From assembly GCA_963739395.1 (NCBI GenBank), contig CAVUAE010000002.1:26384-90383 (forward strand): 64,000 nt of DNA, read 5' to 3'. This document shows positions 24,716-33,654 of this stretch, in pieces. The position numbers and the translations under genes were made by a program. The notes below the pieces were generated by a model, which saw only the letters and a program-made list of their open reading frames with translations, did no database searches and had not been told where the DNA came from. The stretch comes from an uncultured Chloroflexia bacterium (GTDB lineage Bacteria > Chloroflexota > Dehalococcoidia > Dehalococcoidales > RBG-16-60-22). Positions within the stretch are counted from its first letter, which is position 1. Each line of letters starts with the position of its first letter.

Positions 24716-25516
24716 TTAATGTTCAGCATCATCACCAGGGAGTTTATCTTTATAAAACTTCTTCCTGGTTTCAGCGACGCCTCTTAACATCTGGTTGATA
24801 AAGTCCGTTTCGTATTCCTCTATTAGACCCTCGCTGGCGAAACTAAAAAATTTATTCTCCCCGATGATAATATGGTCCAGTACTTTCAGCTGCATTATCC
24901 TGCTGGCATAGACCAACTCGCGGGTCAGGTGTTTATCGTTAGAGCTGGGCTCGATCACGCCTGAGGGGTGATTGTGGACGAAAACCAAGGCGGCAGCATT
25001 ATTCTTTAATGCTCCTTCCATAACCTCACGGGGAGAGACCGCGCTACTGTTAACCGTTCCCTCTGAAAGGTCAACGGTACCAATCATCTGATGCTGGTTG
25101 CTTAAATAGAGAACCTTAAAGACCTCTTTCTTCAAACCGCGCATGGCATGGTAAAGATAATCGTAAACCTCCTGCGAAGAACGATAAAATGGCTTTTCCA
25201 GCATTTTACCGCGTAGGAACTCTCGGGCTACCTCCTGCACCAGCTTGATGCCAAAGGCATTATGAGCACCGACGCCTTTTATTTTTTGTAGCTCCTCAAG
25301 AGGGGCTTCTAAAACACCGCGCAGCGTTTGAAACTTTTCAATGGCTTCTTTAGCGGCTGGCTTACAGTCTTTACGCGGCGTGCCCAGACTTAACAAAAGC
25401 TCGACGATTTCGTAATCATGAAAGCCACTCAAACCGGACTTAAGGAACTTTTCCCGCAGCCTTTTTCGGTGTCCCTCATGAGTATCAACCGATGGCGTTT
25501 TTAAATTGTCCATCAT
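24716..25516 (-). CDS. radC: RadC-family JAB/MPN domain protein
   Basis: HNHPSG motif, an HhH region and GHRKRLREKF at the N-terminus. Confidence 0.85.
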   Translation of the reverse strand: MMDNLKTPSVDTHEGHRKRLREKFLKSGLSGFHDYEIVELLLSLGTPRKDCKPAAKEAIEKFQTLRGVLEAPLEELQKIKGVGAHNAFGIKLVQEVAREFLRGKMLEKPFYRSSQEVYDYLYHAMRGLKKEVFKVLYLSNQHQMIGTVDLSEGTVNSSAVSPREVMEGALKNNAAALVFVHNHPSGVIEPSSNDKHLTRELVYASRIMQLKVLDHIIIGENKFFSFASEGLIEEYETDFINQMLRGVAETRKKFYKDKLPGDDAEH

Positions 25517-25526
25517 AATTAATCTC

Positions 25527-26645
25527 TCAGTGTAGACCCAGCTCGCTATGCACCTGGATGAGATGGATAATATCGGCGCGACTTAACAGTCCGCCGCATT
25601 TTCCCTGGTCGCTAATCAGCACCTGATTAATGTCATTTTTGGCAATCAGCGTCATCGCCGTGTTTAAATTATCCTCCGGCGATACCGTATAAAGCGTCTC
25701 GCTGGTCATTATCTGCTTGACCGGTGTTGTCACCCATCTATCCTGCGGCACCTTTTTAACGTCCGTAATCGTAGCGATGCCGACCAATTTCCCATCCCGA
25801 CAGACAGGCACTGCCCGGCCATGCTGTTTTTGGAAGATATTACGTACCATTTCATCTACCGTTGTTTCGGGCACGATGGTGACTGTATTAGGATTTACCA
25901 ATGCTCTTACCTTGATATGACTCAAACGCTCGCGTAGAGCAACTTCCTTACGACTGGCATCAGCCGAGCTATTAAGAAACCAGCCGATAAACGCAAACCA
26001 AAGTCCGTTAAATAAGCTAACGGATATCATCAAAAATACGCCAAGACCAATAAAAGCCCAGCCGAAGACCTGCCCTACGATACCAGCGATATCAGTGGCT
26101 CGGGTCAGATTATTCGTCGCGCCCCAGATGATGGAACGCAGCACGCGGCCGCCATCCATAGGAAATCCGGGTAGCAGGTTGAATATCCCAAGATACATAT
26201 TGATTATCGCCATATAGTATAAAACCGCCGCTACCGGGGTGGTCTGATCGGCGGGGAGATAAGACAGTCCCCAGAAAATAGCCGCTAAAACCAGACTGGA
26301 TACCGGACCCACGATAGCCATCATGAATTCGGCAGCTGGTTTCTTCGGCTCTTCTTCCATATTACTCACACCGCCAAGGATAAAAAGGGTAATACTATGC
26401 ACTGGAATTCCTCTGGCATTGGCGACTAGAGAATGAGAGAGTTCGTGTAAAAGAACCGAAACAAAAATCAATAGCGCGGATATCACGCCAGTTATCCAAT
26501 AAGCAGCCGTACTCCAATCAGGATACACTGAAGGAAAGTACACCATAGCGAGTGTCCAACTGAAGAAGATGAGTGCGAAAATCCAGGTATAATGAAAGCC
26601 TATAGTAATACCAGCGATGCGAAAAAGCTTAAATGATGCTTTCAT
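25527..26645 (-). CDS. Site-2 protease family (M50) metalloprotease with tandem CBS domains
   Basis: HELSHS (HExxH), a multi-TM N-terminal half and a CBS-pair C-terminus. Confidence 0.85.
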   Translation of the reverse strand: MKASFKLFRIAGITIGFHYTWIFALIFFSWTLAMVYFPSVYPDWSTAAYWITGVISALLIFVSVLLHELSHSLVANARGIPVHSITLFILGGVSNMEEEPKKPAAEFMMAIVGPVSSLVLAAIFWGLSYLPADQTTPVAAVLYYMAIINMYLGIFNLLPGFPMDGGRVLRSIIWGATNNLTRATDIAGIVGQVFGWAFIGLGVFLMISVSLFNGLWFAFIGWFLNSSADASRKEVALRERLSHIKVRALVNPNTVTIVPETTVDEMVRNIFQKQHGRAVPVCRDGKLVGIATITDVKKVPQDRWVTTPVKQIMTSETLYTVSPEDNLNTAMTLIAKNDINQVLISDQGKCGGLLSRADIIHLIQVHSELGLH

Positions 26646-26677
26646 ATTACCCCTCCCTACTCCCTAGTTCAGGTATA

Positions 26678-29600
26678 TCACTTAAGGGGTTCAACTTGCA
26701 ACCCCGCCTCCCCTACTAGTTCGATAAGGCGCTGTTTAAGCTCAGGGGAATAACCGATCTGGAGGCTGGGTATTTTCAGCGGCACGGCATCACTGCCGTT
26801 AATGACATTTAAGCGAACCTCGTCGCGGCCAGCATAATTTCTTAGTATAGAAACGATTTTCCCAAGGCGGTCGATATCACTCGCTTCATCATTGGTCTGG
26901 CGGATGTTGATGGTTAAACGATGTCTGACTGCAGTCACACTGACGGGTTTCTCGACGGGGATTTCTGACTTTTTAGGCGGAGCCTTAGTGACCTGCTCTT
27001 CTCCCGCCTGGGGCGGCTGGTAAGGGCGGACGCTATCACAGCTTACCTGCGCCCGGTCATCGCGTACCCTTACTTTGCCCTGAATGACAAGTTCGTTGCC
27101 TTCTTTCCACAGTTCATCTGTCTCCGCAAAAACTTTAGGCCAGACCATTACCTCGACCTGCCCGCTGAAATCCTCAAGAAGAGCGCTGGCGAAAGACCGT
27201 CCGTCCTTGGTGAGGAGATATCGCGCCGAAATGACCCTGCCGGCTAAGACTATATTCTGCCCGTCTAGGTCGGAGCTAATCTCTTCGCAGAACTTAGTGT
27301 CCGGAGTACCGCTGCTGAAAACGGGACTAAACGGCTTTTCCGAAAAACTCACGCCGAGCAGCTCTTTCTCCCAGAAGGCTTTCTCTCTATCCGATACTTC
27401 CGACGGTGTTAATTCAATCTCGGGTAAAGGCACCGAAGTCGTCTGCCCGAAAAGGTCAAACATCGTCGATTGCCCGGTATCGCGAAGTCTCTGTTCGCGC
27501 TGGGCTAAAGCTAAAATACGTACGACGCTATTTAATAAAGCCCCCCTATTACCCAAGCAGTCCAAGGCGCCTGCTTTTATCAGACTCTCTATCGCCCGCC
27601 GGTTAATCGCCTGTAAATTGCCGCGACGGCAGAAGTCTTCGATAGATTTATATTCGCCATTCCGATTACGCTCATTAATCACCGGTTCAATGGCGCCAGC
27701 GCCGATATTCTTAATCGCGCCCAGCCCAAAACGAATTGCTGCAGTATTTTCGCCGTTGGTCTCAATGGAAAAAGCCAATTGACTGTGATTAATGTCTGGC
27801 GACAACACTGTTATGTCAAGGCGACGGCATTCGGTGATAGCACTAGCAGTCTTTTCCAACTCACCGGCATGGATGGTTAAAAAGGCAGTGATATATTCCG
27901 CCGTATAGTTAGCTTTAAGGTAAGCCGTCTGGTAGGCAATCAAAGCATAGCACCAGGCATGAGCCTTGTTGAAGGCATAGCCGGTAAATGGCTCGATGAG
28001 ATTAAAGACCTCTTCGGTCACTTCTTCGGAGAAGCCCCGCTTTTTGGCGCCGCTGAAAAAGTTACGCTTTTCTTTTTTCACTGCTTCGGCGATTTTCTTG
28101 CCCATGGCTTTGCGGAAGATGTCCGCCTGTCCCAGACTGTAGCCGGCGAACTCCTGGACGATTAAAAGCACTTGCTCCTGATAAACGATAACGCCGTAAG
28201 TTTCTTTAAGGATATTTTCCAGCGCGGGGTGCGGATAACGTATGGGCGTACGACCGTGTTTGGCGTCGATGAAGCGCGGGATATGTTCCATCGGACCAGG
28301 ACGGTATAAAGCCACCATAGCGGCGATATCGCTGAAAACGGAGGGCTTAAGCTCTTTAATATAGCGGCGCATACCGGAGCCTTCCAGCTGAAAGACCCCG
28401 ACAGTTTCACCCGCTGTTAGTAAATCAAAGGTCTTTTTATCGTCCATAGGCAGTTTATAAAGGTCGATTTCCACGCCATGCCTTTCTTTAATAATATCCC
28501 GCGCCCTGCCGAGGATGGTCAGGTTAGCCAGTCCGAGAAAGTCCATCTTCAGCAATCCGATACGGGCGATATCATTCATGGCGAACTGGGTCATAACCGC
28601 TTCCTGATTCTCCGTCTTAACACAGCGTTGGAGGGGCACATAATTCGTCAGTGGCGCTTTAGAAATAACAACACCAGCGGCGTGAGTGCTGGCATGGCGG
28701 GAAATGCCTTCGACGCGGCGGGCGGAATTGACCAGATTACGGACGATTTCATCTTGTTCATAAATAGCCCTCAACTCCTGATTCTCATCCATCGCCCGGG
28801 CGAGCGTCATGCCAGGCAAACCGGGCACCAGCCGTGCTACGCGGTCAACATCGCCATAGGTCATGCCTAAAGCCCGACCTACATCCCTTATAGCTGCCCT
28901 CGCGCCGAGAGTACCGAAGGTGATAATCTGGGCGACGTGGTCGGCGCCATATTTCTGTGTAACGTAGTTAATAACCTCGTCGCGGCGGTCGTCCTGAAAG
29001 TCCATATCGACATCAGGCATTTCCTTACGCTCAATGTTCAGAAAGCGCTCGAAAACAAGATTATATTCGAGGGGGTTGAGCGGAGTTATGCCAAGGCAGT
29101 GCAAAACGATACTTGAAGCGGCGCTGCCCCGCACGCCGAAGAGGATGTTTTGCTTTTTCGTAAACGAAATGATATCCCAAACGACCAGGATATAATTAGC
29201 GAACTGGGTTTTCTTGATGACATCAAGCTCGTACTCGAGACGCTTTTTAATCTCCGGGGATGGGTTGGGATAATATTGCTCGAGGTTTTGGTAGCAGAGT
29301 TCAGCGAGAAACTGGTCGGGGGTTTTACCGTCGGGGATGCCGATTTCCGGCAGGTGCAGACGTCCGAACTCCATCTCCAGCTTGCACATCGCGGCGATTT
29401 TCTCGGTATTTTCCAGCGCCTGTGGGATATCTTTATAAAGCTCCGCCATCTCCTCGGGACTCTTGAGGTAAAAGAAGTCGCCCGCCATTTTCATGCGTTT
29501 TTCGTCATGAATCGTGGTGTTGGTGCCGATGCAGAGTAAAAGGTCGTGGGCGGAAGCGTCTTCTTTTTTTACGTAGTGGGTATCGTTAGTGGCGACGATA

Positions 29601-30184
29601 GGGATATCAAGCTCTTTACTCATTTCGATGAGGTAAGTATTTATGGCTTCAACTTCCGGTATCGGATGCCGCATGATTTCCAGGTAAAAATCACCAAAGG
29701 TTTTCTTGTACCATAACGCCGCTTCTTTGGCTTCCGCGTAGCGTCCATTAAGCACAAGATAAGCCACTTCGCCGGAGTTGCAGGCGCTTAAAGCGATGAG
29801 TCCGTCTTTATGTTTTTCTAATAATTCTTTGTCTACTCGCGGTTTGTAGTAAAACCCCTCCAACTGGGCTTTGGTAGTGAGTAGGATAAGGTTCTTATAG
29901 CCGACCTGATTTTTTACCAGCAGAATGAGGTGGTAGCTATTTCTATCGCCAGCGTTTTTACTGGAGCGGCTGCCCGGGGCGATATAAATTTCACAGCCGA
30001 TGATGGGCTTTATGCCGGCTTCTTTCGCCGCCTGATAGAACTCAATGACCCCGTACATCACACCGTGGTCGGTTATCGCCAGGGCATCCATGCCCAGTTC
30101 TTTGGTGCGGGCGACGAGCTTGGGGATAGGGCACATCCCATCCAGTAAACTGTATTCGGTATGCACATGGAGATGGGTAAACAT
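26678..30184 (-). CDS. dnaE: DNA polymerase III alpha subunit
   Basis: 1168 aa. The PHP domain starts FTHLHVHTEYSLLDG, and the polymerase core and OB region are collinear with DnaE. Confidence 0.95.
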   Translation of the reverse strand: MFTHLHVHTEYSLLDGMCPIPKLVARTKELGMDALAITDHGVMYGVIEFYQAAKEAGIKPIIGCEIYIAPGSRSSKNAGDRNSYHLILLVKNQVGYKNLILLTTKAQLEGFYYKPRVDKELLEKHKDGLIALSACNSGEVAYLVLNGRYAEAKEAALWYKKTFGDFYLEIMRHPIPEVEAINTYLIEMSKELDIPIVATNDTHYVKKEDASAHDLLLCIGTNTTIHDEKRMKMAGDFFYLKSPEEMAELYKDIPQALENTEKIAAMCKLEMEFGRLHLPEIGIPDGKTPDQFLAELCYQNLEQYYPNPSPEIKKRLEYELDVIKKTQFANYILVVWDIISFTKKQNILFGVRGSAASSIVLHCLGITPLNPLEYNLVFERFLNIERKEMPDVDMDFQDDRRDEVINYVTQKYGADHVAQIITFGTLGARAAIRDVGRALGMTYGDVDRVARLVPGLPGMTLARAMDENQELRAIYEQDEIVRNLVNSARRVEGISRHASTHAAGVVISKAPLTNYVPLQRCVKTENQEAVMTQFAMNDIARIGLLKMDFLGLANLTILGRARDIIKERHGVEIDLYKLPMDDKKTFDLLTAGETVGVFQLEGSGMRRYIKELKPSVFSDIAAMVALYRPGPMEHIPRFIDAKHGRTPIRYPHPALENILKETYGVIVYQEQVLLIVQEFAGYSLGQADIFRKAMGKKIAEAVKKEKRNFFSGAKKRGFSEEVTEEVFNLIEPFTGYAFNKAHAWCYALIAYQTAYLKANYTAEYITAFLTIHAGELEKTASAITECRRLDITVLSPDINHSQLAFSIETNGENTAAIRFGLGAIKNIGAGAIEPVINERNRNGEYKSIEDFCRRGNLQAINRRAIESLIKAGALDCLGNRGALLNSVVRILALAQREQRLRDTGQSTMFDLFGQTTSVPLPEIELTPSEVSDREKAFWEKELLGVSFSEKPFSPVFSSGTPDTKFCEEISSDLDGQNIVLAGRVISARYLLTKDGRSFASALLEDFSGQVEVMVWPKVFAETDELWKEGNELVIQGKVRVRDDRAQVSCDSVRPYQPPQAGEEQVTKAPPKKSEIPVEKPVSVTAVRHRLTINIRQTNDEASDIDRLGKIVSILRNYAGRDEVRLNVINGSDAVPLKIPSLQIGYSPELKQRLIELVGEAGLQVEPLK

Positions 30185-30232
30185 GTTCCTCCCAATGAAA
30201 GCCTAAAACGATTATAGCACAGGACTGGTTTT

Positions 30233-30940
30233 TTGGAGTATCATAAAAGGACTATGGTGATGAAAATTATTAAAATAGTCGCCCAGTGGATTTTTATTTT
30301 GAGTCTGCCGGTGTTACTGCTGACCGCCAGCTTAAGCGCGGCGATGAACAGTCCAATGCTTTATGAGTATGATTTTAATAAATACAACATCAGTCAAGTG
30401 ACAGGACTGGACCATACGGAGTTGACCAAAGCCGCCAAAGGATTGATAAGCTATTTCAACTCCGGTGAAGAATATATCAACGTGACCGTTATAAAAGGCG
30501 ATAAACCTTTTACCCTTTTTAATGAACGCGAGGTACAGCATCTTAAGGACGTTAAGGGACTTTTCCAGCTGGACTACAAGGTACTGATTGGCACGGGTGT
30601 TTACGCTTTGGTTTTCTTGGGGATTTCTCTTTTCTGGTGGAGGGATAAAAGATTGTTGGGGTGGGGGTTATTGGGGGGAGGAATATTAACATTAGTATTG
30701 ATGGCGGTGGCGGGGATTATGATTGCCATGGACTTCGACCAGTTCTTTTTACAGTTCCACCTTTTAAGTTTCGCCAATGATTTCTGGCAGCTTAACCCAG
30801 CCACGGATTACCTACTAATGATGTTCCCACAGGGCTTCTGGTTTGACACCACGCTCTTTTGCGCTTTAGGCACCGCCGTGGGGGCGATTATTTTAGGAGG
30901 TGTGGGGTGGTGGCTTAAGAGGAAAAGTGGTATAACATAA
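30233..30940 (+). CDS. Integral membrane protein (TIGR01906/DUF1461-like)
   Basis: 235 aa with several TM helices. NEREVQHLKDVK is typical of this family (recall). The real start may be the ATG at 30254. Confidence 0.55.
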   Translation: MEYHKRTMVMKIIKIVAQWIFILSLPVLLLTASLSAAMNSPMLYEYDFNKYNISQVTGLDHTELTKAAKGLISYFNSGEEYINVTVIKGDKPFTLFNEREVQHLKDVKGLFQLDYKVLIGTGVYALVFLGISLFWWRDKRLLGWGLLGGGILTLVLMAVAGIMIAMDFDQFFLQFHLLSFANDFWQLNPATDYLLMMFPQGFWFDTTLFCALGTAVGAIILGGVGWWLKRKSGIT

Positions 30941-30958
30941 GGCAAGGTGAGAGAATAG

Positions 30959-32077
30959 ATGAGTCCATCAACACTTGCGCTTACAATCGTTCTAGCAGTC
31001 TTAGGTATTGCTATTACAATTTACGTTGCTATTTGGGCAGCTTCTAAAAGTAAAAAGGATGCTAAAAACATTAAAAGCGATACACAAGATATTAAGATAT
31101 ATACTCAAGATATAAAAAGTGAAATTAAAACACTAAAAGACGAAGTACACGGAATTGCTGTATATCTTAATGGTCTTCCAAAACTAAAAGATAAGATTAG
31201 AAAAGATCTTTTTAATGCTGGAATGAAAGCAATGCAAGCAAACAAATTTGATGATGCTATTGATTCATTTAGAAAATGTCTTGTAGATACAAAAGAACTA
31301 AGCGAAAAAGTCGCTTTACTTATACTTATAGGTAATTGCTCTTCATATATAAGCAAGTTTGTTGAAGCTGAGGGGCATTATAAAGAAGCCCTAGAAATAG
31401 CTAAAGAAAATGATAATAAAGTAGGAATTTCAACATTATTAAACAACTTAGGGATGATTTATAGAATAAAAGGCGATTCCGAAAAAGCATTTGACTACCA
31501 CCAACAGGCACTTAAGATAGATAAAGATATGAATGATAAAATAAGAGAAGCCAATGCCCTTAATAATATAGGAATTCTTTTCGAAATAGAAAACGAATTA
31601 GACAAAGCTCAAGAGTATTTACAGCAAGCTTTAGATATAGATAAGAAGGTAGATAATCAGCAAGGAATCGCAGACAATTTGAGTTGTATGGGGATCATAT
31701 ACCAACATAAAGGTGAATTGAATAAAGCTTTAGAGTATTTCAAACAAGCAATTACTATTTACCAACAAGGAGGTAACCGAAGAGAAGAAGCTACCGAATT
31801 AGGTAATATTGGGGTGGTTTATGCGATGAATCATGAACCTGAGAAAGCACTAAGATATTTCAAGCGAGCTCTGATTTTAAAAAAAGATATGCGCGATCGA
31901 GTGGGAGAGGCTAATCAACTTGGTAACATAGGAAATATTTATTGGATAAAAGGTGAAACAGATAAAGCTGACAATTTTTATAAACAAGCCTTAAAGATAT
32001 TTAAAGAAATCGGTGCAGCGGAAGGTATAAGAATATCTAAAGAAAACATTAGCAGAATAGAAAAGGCTAAATCTTAG
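30959..32077 (+). CDS. Membrane-anchored tetratricopeptide-repeat protein (AT-rich gene)
   Basis: 372 aa. An N-terminal TM helix and QDIK repeats are followed by about 7 TPR units (A..Y..AL.I....D..G.A..L.N.G..Y). Two hand-counted 60-nt lines give about 25-33% G+C. Confidence 0.8.
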   Translation: MSPSTLALTIVLAVLGIAITIYVAIWAASKSKKDAKNIKSDTQDIKIYTQDIKSEIKTLKDEVHGIAVYLNGLPKLKDKIRKDLFNAGMKAMQANKFDDAIDSFRKCLVDTKELSEKVALLILIGNCSSYISKFVEAEGHYKEALEIAKENDNKVGISTLLNNLGMIYRIKGDSEKAFDYHQQALKIDKDMNDKIREANALNNIGILFEIENELDKAQEYLQQALDIDKKVDNQQGIADNLSCMGIIYQHKGELNKALEYFKQAITIYQQGGNRREEATELGNIGVVYAMNHEPEKALRYFKRALILKKDMRDRVGEANQLGNIGNIYWIKGETDKADNFYKQALKIFKEIGAAEGIRISKENISRIEKAKS

Positions 32078-32123
32078 CTATCCCCTTTAGCCGTACGTAA
32101 CGTCCACTGTAAAAGTTTTTATT

Positions 32124-33212
32124 CTACGTTAACATTTCTTTTTTCCGCGACGGGATAACGAAGGACACTACCAGCAAAATAACCCCGGCAACTAGTATGC
32201 CGATGGCAAGAGGCAAGCCAACTGCCGTGACGTCACTAATCAAACCCTCAACCCAGGTATTTAACGCTGGCGATGTTTCCATCCATTTCGATACCCAATC
32301 CATTATCGGCAGCATCCTCACCAGTATGATACCAACCAGGTCGATAATACCGATAATAAGTATGCTAATCCCCAGCGAACGGGCGGGAGTTTTTATACTC
32401 CAGTTAACTAAGAATATTAAACCCACCAGAACAATCAGCAACACAATCAGCCAGATATAGTAGGTCTGGAAATAACCGATGTACTGCCTGACTTGTTGCA
32501 GAGTATGCATAATTCCGCTGTCTATAGAACTTTCATCCATAGTGTAAGAGTCGGGCATTTGGCTGATGAAATCACTAATATACCGGTTGATATATTCATC
32601 TCCCAAGTCCATGTATTGTTGGTCAAGCGGAGGGAAGTCTGGATTCTGTGCTACACCGGCAGAATACCTTAAGAACTGTTCAAGATTTTGATTACGCTCA
32701 TCGGCGGGGAGAGCAGCAAGGTCAGCCGGCATAAGACTTTGAGGGAATTGTTGGATAATATCTTGTATATACTGTGACATTTCCTGGTTGGATTTACCAG
32801 TAAGCTCGTCATGTAGATAATTCTTGGTTTCTTGCCATAAGGTATTTGTCAGATTCGCTTTCAATTCTGAAAGCGGTATGGTAATAGAAAGAGTATTGGT
32901 GTCACCAAGAAAATAATCGTAGCCCGTATCCAGTGCAGTTTTTAACTGTGTTTTTATCCAGGGCTCCTGTTTTTCGATGACATTGTAAGCAACGTCTTTT
33001 AAGAACTCCGCTTGTTGAGGTAATTCTTTGCCAATCTGATTTTCGGCGACATTTCGTGCAATGGAGGATATCGGCAATTTATCCACCTGATTAGAAACGA
33101 AATCATAGCTAAGCACGGTGCCACGTAGCATAAAAGCAAAACAAAAAACCGCCAGAGCTATGAAGAAAATAAAACTGAAAATAAAGGTCGCGAAGCCTTT
33201 TAAAAAGCCCAT
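32124..33212 (-). CDS. Hypothetical membrane protein
   Basis: 362 aa. An N-terminal TM helix, a large extracytoplasmic region and a C-terminal cluster of TM helices. Confidence 0.65.
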   Translation of the reverse strand: MGFLKGFATFIFSFIFFIALAVFCFAFMLRGTVLSYDFVSNQVDKLPISSIARNVAENQIGKELPQQAEFLKDVAYNVIEKQEPWIKTQLKTALDTGYDYFLGDTNTLSITIPLSELKANLTNTLWQETKNYLHDELTGKSNQEMSQYIQDIIQQFPQSLMPADLAALPADERNQNLEQFLRYSAGVAQNPDFPPLDQQYMDLGDEYINRYISDFISQMPDSYTMDESSIDSGIMHTLQQVRQYIGYFQTYYIWLIVLLIVLVGLIFLVNWSIKTPARSLGISILIIGIIDLVGIILVRMLPIMDWVSKWMETSPALNTWVEGLISDVTAVGLPLAIGILVAGVILLVVSFVIPSRKKEMLT

Positions 33213-33305
33213 CTCGTCATCTTCCTAACTAATTATAATACCCTTAGCATTTACGGTGGCATTATTCTATCACATCCAATGTCAAATTACACCTGATACT
33301 CTAGG

Positions 33306-33334
33306 TTGACGAGGAAAAGGGTATCTAGTAGAAT
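33306..33334 (+). promoter_or_regulatory. Sigma70-like promoter of tRNA-Val
   Basis: TTGACG (33306-33311), 17-nt spacer, TAGAAT (33329-33334), 13 nt before the tRNA 5' end. Confidence 0.45.
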
Positions 33335-33347
33335 TACATTGTATTAA

Positions 33348-33424
33348 GGGCGGTTAGCTCAGCTGGTTAGAGCGCCGCGTTGACATCGCGGAGGTCAGTG
33401 GTTCAAGTCCTCTACCGCCCACCA
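33348..33424 (+). tRNA. tRNA-Val (anticodon GAC)
   Basis: GGGCGGT/ACCGCCC acceptor, GCTC/GAGC D stem, CCGCG-TTGACAT-CGCGG anticodon arm, TTCAAGT T loop and an encoded CCA. 77 nt. Confidence 0.95.
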
Positions 33425-33469
33425 TAATGTATAGTAAATAGAACTCCTTTAACTCTAAAGCTTTAACTT

Positions 33470-33504
33470 AGCCCCAATTATCATGGGTTGGGGCTTATTA
33501 TTTT
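33470..33504 (+). terminator. Rho-independent terminator after tRNA-Val
   Basis: AGCCCCAA (33470-33477) pairs with TTGGGGCT (33488-33495), then TATTATTTT. Confidence 0.55.
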
Positions 33505-33535
33505 AACAATCGCCGATTATCCCATAATAGACAAA

Positions 33536-33575
33536 TGTCATAGTTTTGTAACTTCTTTTAGCTCAATTTTATGAT
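33536..33575 (+). promoter_or_regulatory. Pho-box-like operator/promoter, copy 1 (drives the PQQ-propeller lipoprotein gene)
   Basis: TGTCATAGTTTTGTAA (33536-33551), 18-nt spacer, TATGAT (33570-33575). Confidence 0.6.
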
Positions 33576-33654
33576 TATTAGAGCGCTGAATTGTCATCAT
33601 TGATGTAGCCGTTTAGTATCGTGGAGATATCAAAATAGTTGAGGAGGGTTTTTT

